DNA of 64,000 nucleotides from Coxiellaceae bacterium (GTDB lineage Bacteria; Pseudomonadota; Gammaproteobacteria; Coxiellales; Coxiellaceae): NCBI GenBank assembly GCA_011523685.1, contig WTGG01000027.1, positions 52,980 to 116,979 of the forward strand, read 5' to 3'. Shown piece by piece: positions 60,019 to 64,000 of this stretch (position 1 is its first letter; each line of letters starts with the position of its first letter). The notes under the pieces were generated by a model. It saw only the letters and a program-made list of their open reading frames with translations, ran no database searches and was not told where the DNA came from. The position numbers and the translations under genes were made by a program.

Positions 60019-60603
60019 TTATCGAGCTTTTCGATGAACGCTCGGAAACTGTCGAGCTAACTTTAAATCACGAATAATATGCTTCTTGACCATTCGCGAC
60101 ATCGTATAGCGTCTCACGCATCGAGGAAAAGGCGACATAGAAGTAGGGATAAAATACTTACAACCGAGACCATCGAGTATGTACAATCGCTGCGTGAGTT
60201 GGTTAATAAAAACATTGCGAACAAGATCCGGGCAAAAAGGAACATCATGCTGAATCAGTAAGCGAATAATAGCGACCAGCTCACGATACAAATCACCACT
60301 TAAACGATATTGTTTCTTAAAGATATCCACAAGATGATCGACTTGATCAAAGACATATCCTATCCCTGCACCCGTCATAATCTCACCATGATAGGCAGGA
60401 AAATAGCTCGCCAATTCAGGAATAGAGCGAACCTGTCGTAACGTTTTAATCTCTCGCTGCATACGGATCTGATAACGACCTGCTTGCTGAGATGTATAAC
60501 CCGATTTAATGATTTTGATCACACGCGTTGCATCATCAGGATGCTGATAACACTATTTGGTACACCCTTCACCCAAACACTCTAGCTCTATCACATCTAG
60601 CAT
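60019..60603 (-). pseudogene. yrbL: YrbL-family kinase-like protein interrupted by an in-frame TAG
   Basis: MLDVIELECLGEGCTK*CYQHPDDATRVIKII... parallels E. coli YrbL ...LGTGRHRKCYAHPEDAQRCIKIV. TAG at 60553-60555. The C-terminal LYILDGLGCKYFIPTS also matches the family. Confidence 0.65.
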
Positions 60604-60644
60604 AACGCTACCTCTAACTCTACACCCATCATGATATATCACCT

Positions 60645-61466
60645 TTAACAGGATAGATCACGCTCTATAATATCACTCACTTCGCGACGCTGTGGCGCAG
60701 GGCTCAGCTGACATCGCTGAAGCAACTGCTTTTCATCATCAAACAGTGTTGCCGCATACCCAACCAATGACCGTGTTATATTCTGCGGCATCACACCTAA
60801 ATCTTTTAAGCATTGGCCTTCAAAAAACTTACCAAAGGGTACTGCATGATCCTGATGATCTTTTAATGGATGAAAGTCACCCCATGACTTAACCACATAT
60901 GCCAGTGAACGATACCACCAATCCGTCATCGCCAATAGTGATACTGGTACCTGCTCACTCATTGCTTGGGCAGACAACTCAGACAAGTCTCCATAATGAT
61001 CCAGTGCATAAGGAAAAGCATAAGACTGGTTAATCATCTCTGACCAAAATGATTCAGTGGTCATCGGTTGCTGGCAATAGCTATTAAGTACCTCAACCTT
61101 CACGGAATAATTCGCATCCTCAAAATATTGCCACGCTGCATTCACGGTATGATGACCATCCGCAATATAAAAACGATCACACTCTATACCCTGCACCACC
61201 GTGATACCAGCATCTTGCAGTGCTTCATCAGCAGATCCATAACAGGGTTTTTCGCCCGTGTCATACCACTCGAATTGATCCATCTTCATTGATATCTCAT
61301 CAAAACCAACATACAGCTGTGATGGTTTAAAAACTGAGAGTGGTATTTTACAGTCTGTGCCAGGTTTAATGACCTCACTTGTACTACACGATGATTTTGC
61401 TATGGCTGACACAGCCCATGTTAACCAAATACCAACCAGGGTTTGACTATTGATTTGCAACACCAC
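60645..61466 (-). CDS. secreted ParB-like nuclease domain protein (ParBc_2-like)
   Basis: Signal-like N-terminus, then LSVFKPSQLYVGFDEI and FYIADGHHTVNA (DGHHR-like ParB/Srx motif). GTG start. Confidence 0.5.
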   Translation of the reverse strand: MVLQINSQTLVGIWLTWAVSAIAKSSCSTSEVIKPGTDCKIPLSVFKPSQLYVGFDEISMKMDQFEWYDTGEKPCYGSADEALQDAGITVVQGIECDRFYIADGHHTVNAAWQYFEDANYSVKVEVLNSYCQQPMTTESFWSEMINQSYAFPYALDHYGDLSELSAQAMSEQVPVSLLAMTDWWYRSLAYVVKSWGDFHPLKDHQDHAVPFGKFFEGQCLKDLGVMPQNITRSLVGYAATLFDDEKQLLQRCQLSPAPQRREVSDIIERDLSC

Positions 61467-61470
61467 CTCC

Positions 61471-62499
61471 TTATTTGAATCTATACGTCTTGCATTCAGA
61501 ATCTTTTGAGTTGGTTTGATGCAGCTGCGCTAAAATTGCCTTGACATTCGCCAAGTCATCCACAATCAATCCCTCTACACCCCAGCTCAACAATTGATGA
61601 GTACGCTTCCAATCACTTCAAACACCTTGTTTCTCCGCCCAATGCCAAGTCACGACCTTCATACCGAGATCATGAGCCTGCTGGACCATAGTGCGAGACA
61701 CTTCCATCTCATAAGGCTCAAAGCAGCTAGCACCTAATGATGCTGCCATTTTTGCGTAATTCCAATCAAAGTCTTGTGGTTTGAGACCTGCTGTCCAAAT
61801 ACCGTCAAGAGGCGAATCTATGCGCTTAAATGATACCGTATCTGATGATAACAAGGCCGCAGTGTGAATATGGGGATCTAGGTGATGAACTAATTTGATA
61901 ACACGCCAATCAAAAGCCTGCAACTCAACTCTATCTTGCATATGGTGACTTTGAATAAACTCAACCACTTTCATTGTAATCATTCGATAATTATCTCGAT
62001 CTAATCCAGTCGCATTAGTTTTAAGTTCTAATTGCCATTTGACTGGATGGCCTGCGAACCGATCTAAAACTTGAATGGCTTCAGCCAGTGTTGGAATCTT
62101 GATGGCTGAGGTTGCATCTACATAAGGAAATAACTTCGCCAGACTCGAACCAGACTTGGGTGATGAGAGTGTAAAATCCTTTAGTTCGGCTAATGTTAGA
62201 TCTTCAATAGCCAATGAAGATGTCACCCACTGATTATTGATATCCTTAACATAGCTCGACGACAATACACCATCGTGAAAAATGACAATATGACCGTCTT
62301 TGGTAAGACGTAAATCTGCATCAAGCCAATCAGCCCCCATACGAATAGCAAATTCATAAGCAGGTATACTGTTTTCTGGGAAATATAACCGTGTTCCACG
62401 ATGCGCATATATCTGAACCGCTGAGATAGATAGCCCAGGGTTTAATAGCGACCACACTCCTAAAATAAATACACTAAGATATCTATTCACGTCATACAC
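61471..62499 (-). pseudogene. glycerophosphodiester phosphodiesterase with an in-frame TGA
   Basis: IYAHRGTRLYFPENS and IVIFHDGVL are GDPD motifs. The ORF stops at TGA 61618-61620, yet the same frame continues 49 codons through SWGVEGLIVDDL (conserved GVDGIITD-like end) to TAA 61471. Confidence 0.6.
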
Positions 62500-62749
62500 T
62501 TTGATCGTTTTTGATTGTCTTGACTAGTAATGCAAATTCTTCTCGCTCTGGCTGCTTATTTGAAAAAAACCAATCATACAGCTTCGTATCTTCTTCCTGA
62601 AGCATATCCACTAAACAATACTGCTCTTCTTTGGATAACATCTGAAACTTGTTATCAATAAACCGATTAAACAACAAGTCCAGCTCTAACATACCGCGCC
62701 GCGCCATCCAACGAACTTGTTGCAACCCCAAAGTTTCATTCTCTGACAT
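62492..62749 (-). CDS. sdhE: FAD assembly factor SdhE (YgfY)
   Basis: RWMARRGMLELDLLFNRF...LYDWF is the SdhE family signature. Confidence 0.85.
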   Translation of the reverse strand: MSENETLGLQQVRWMARRGMLELDLLFNRFIDNKFQMLSKEEQYCLVDMLQEEDTKLYDWFFSNKQPEREEFALLVKTIKNDQSV

Positions 62750-62764
62750 TCGAAAAACTCCTAT

Positions 62765-64000
62765 TTATGATAAACCCGATTTCGTCGATTGAACGTTAAT
62801 AAAAAGTATCACTACCATGCTGACTAATAACATAGCAAACACTGGAAACAAGGCATGGTAAAATGCCACTTGCGAATAAACACGCCCACCATGATCTGAT
62901 TGACCTAACCAATGCTGGTCTAATCTCATACCCACCAACGGCAAAACAATCAAACCACCCAACATCACAAAAGCATTCAAGACACCAATTGCTGTTGCTG
63001 TAAACTGCTTCGGCAAACAGTCTCTAGCTAACACAAAACAAATCACCTCGGCACTCGCAAAAAAACCAAAGGCAAAGAGCACACAACCCAGCATACCTAC
63101 CGAGGAGACACCATGAAGCAGAAGAAAAAAACAAGCGGCAGTTAACACACAACTCGCAAGTAGATACCAACGTAGATCTTTACAATAACCTGACAACCAA
63201 CCATGCAATGGTGCACCGATTAACCAAGCTAAATACACCAATGCGTTCATTGAAGCCGCATGAATTTTCGGCAAATGAGTTAATTGCTCAATGTAGGCAA
63301 TTCCCCACATATCGGCAAACACCGATAATGAAAAATACAATGAACATCCAATGATACCCAGCATGATCAACTGAGGATGAATCATTGCTCGCCCAAGCTC
63401 GATGCAATAATCAACAAACCCTAACTCTGTTATTTCACTCAGCCCTTGATTCTGTGGATTCTCACGAATAAATACATAAAAAAGTGGAATTAAGAATAAG
63501 CCGACAGCCACACTAATATAAATAACACTCAACCACCCCCAATGCTTCACTGACCAGCTCATCCCCACATCACCAACCATGGCACCGACCATGCCTAAAG
63601 ACGTGGTCAACCCAATGAATATCATGAAGTGTTTTTTAGGCAACCACATTGCAGCCAAACGTAAGGCCGCAACAAAAGCAAAAGCACTACCTATACCGAT
63701 AAACAAACGCCCTGCATCCGCCTGCCATAGCACATGACTACTCGCAAAAATAAAACAGCCAATAACACAGTTAACCAATGCAAAGAGCAACATGCGTCGC
63801 GAACCGTAGTAGTCAGTTAGCACAGCAACCACCAACTGCAACGGTGTATAGGCGTAATAATACATCGCTGATAGAAAACCAATTTGTTTAGCGCTCGCAT
63901 GAAAATGAGCCATGAGTTGTGGCACCATGACACTTTGCTGAATACGCAAGAGATATTCGTAACAATAAAACACGGCGGCTAAACTACAAATGCACCATCC
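62765..64000 (-). CDS. MFS transporter, 5' end beyond the window
   Basis: Polytopic ORF with MFS-like loops (TDYYGSRRML). The frame is still open at position 64000. Confidence 0.75.
   Translation of the reverse strand, partial: GWCICSLAAVFYCYEYLLRIQQSVMVPQLMAHFHASAKQIGFLSAMYYYAYTPLQLVVAVLTDYYGSRRMLLFALVNCVIGCFIFASSHVLWQADAGRLFIGIGSAFAFVAALRLAAMWLPKKHFMIFIGLTTSLGMVGAMVGDVGMSWSVKHWGWLSVIYISVAVGLFLIPLFYVFIRENPQNQGLSEITELGFVDYCIELGRAMIHPQLIMLGIIGCSLYFSLSVFADMWGIAYIEQLTHLPKIHAASMNALVYLAWLIGAPLHGWLSGYCKDLRWYLLASCVLTAACFFLLLHGVSSVGMLGCVLFAFGFFASAEVICFVLARDCLPKQFTATAIGVLNAFVMLGGLIVLPLVGMRLDQHWLGQSDHGGRVYSQVAFYHALFPVFAMLLVSMVVILFINVQSTKSGLS

Noticed and set aside
61618-61620. Selenocysteine at the in-frame TGA of the GDPD gene.
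   Set aside because: GDPD enzymes are not known selenoproteins. I see no convincing SECIS-like hairpin immediately downstream, and there are no sel genes in the window.
1-64000. TGA reassigned to Trp (genetic code 4), suggested by several in-frame TGAs, one at a plausible Trp position in IS3 orfA.
   Set aside because: TGA clearly terminates conserved genes here: purF, dedD, truA and the MFS gene at 35615, including ATGA stop/start overlaps. Reading through the purF TGA would fuse it in frame to dusA. TAA and TAG interruptions also occur. Ordinary nonsense mutations explain the data.
1-64000. CRISPR arrays, rRNA or tRNA genes.
   Set aside because: Scanning the intergenic regions by eye showed no regularly spaced direct repeats, no GGTTCGAATCC-type T-arm motifs and no rRNA-like conserved blocks. 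tRNAscan and Infernal were not run.

Overview
This 64-kb chromosomal window looks like it comes from a Legionellales-type (Coxiella/Rickettsiella/Legionella-like) intracellular gammaproteobacterium. Two conserved housekeeping blocks are present. The first (~10.9-20.3 kb) holds glpD, a substrate-binding protein gene, glpK, rluB, scpB-scpA and yciO-yciB-yciI. The second (~45.9-57.2 kb) holds dusA-purF-cvpA-dedD-folC-accD-truA, a fimV-like gene, and rlmD-relA. Between them lies AT-richer accessory DNA. It carries orphan hypothetical genes and eukaryote-like domains (ankyrin, one fairly convincing U-box-like domain, one tentative). It also carries decayed mobile DNA: an IS3 element, IS66 fragments and three TraG/VirD4 coupling-protein remnants. 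Several genes are broken by single in-frame stops (GDPD, yrbL-like kinase, the U-box gene, IS3 orfA). The most notable observations are these. (1) Tandem TTAAT-N6-TTAAT boxes, placed like the Legionella/Coxiella PmrA element, sit upstream of orphan genes and mark them as candidate Dot/Icm-type effectors. (2) There are U-box-like E3-ligase candidates. (3) A ~205-bp duplication of the yheS 5' end brackets a 1.1-kb insert holding tandem paralogs of a small secreted protein. (4) A triple palindromic operator array lies beside plasmid/ICE relics. (5) Chimeric repeat junctions are reused in two islands. I saw no rRNA, tRNA or CRISPR by eye. All homology calls come from reading the translations and sequence, not from database searches.
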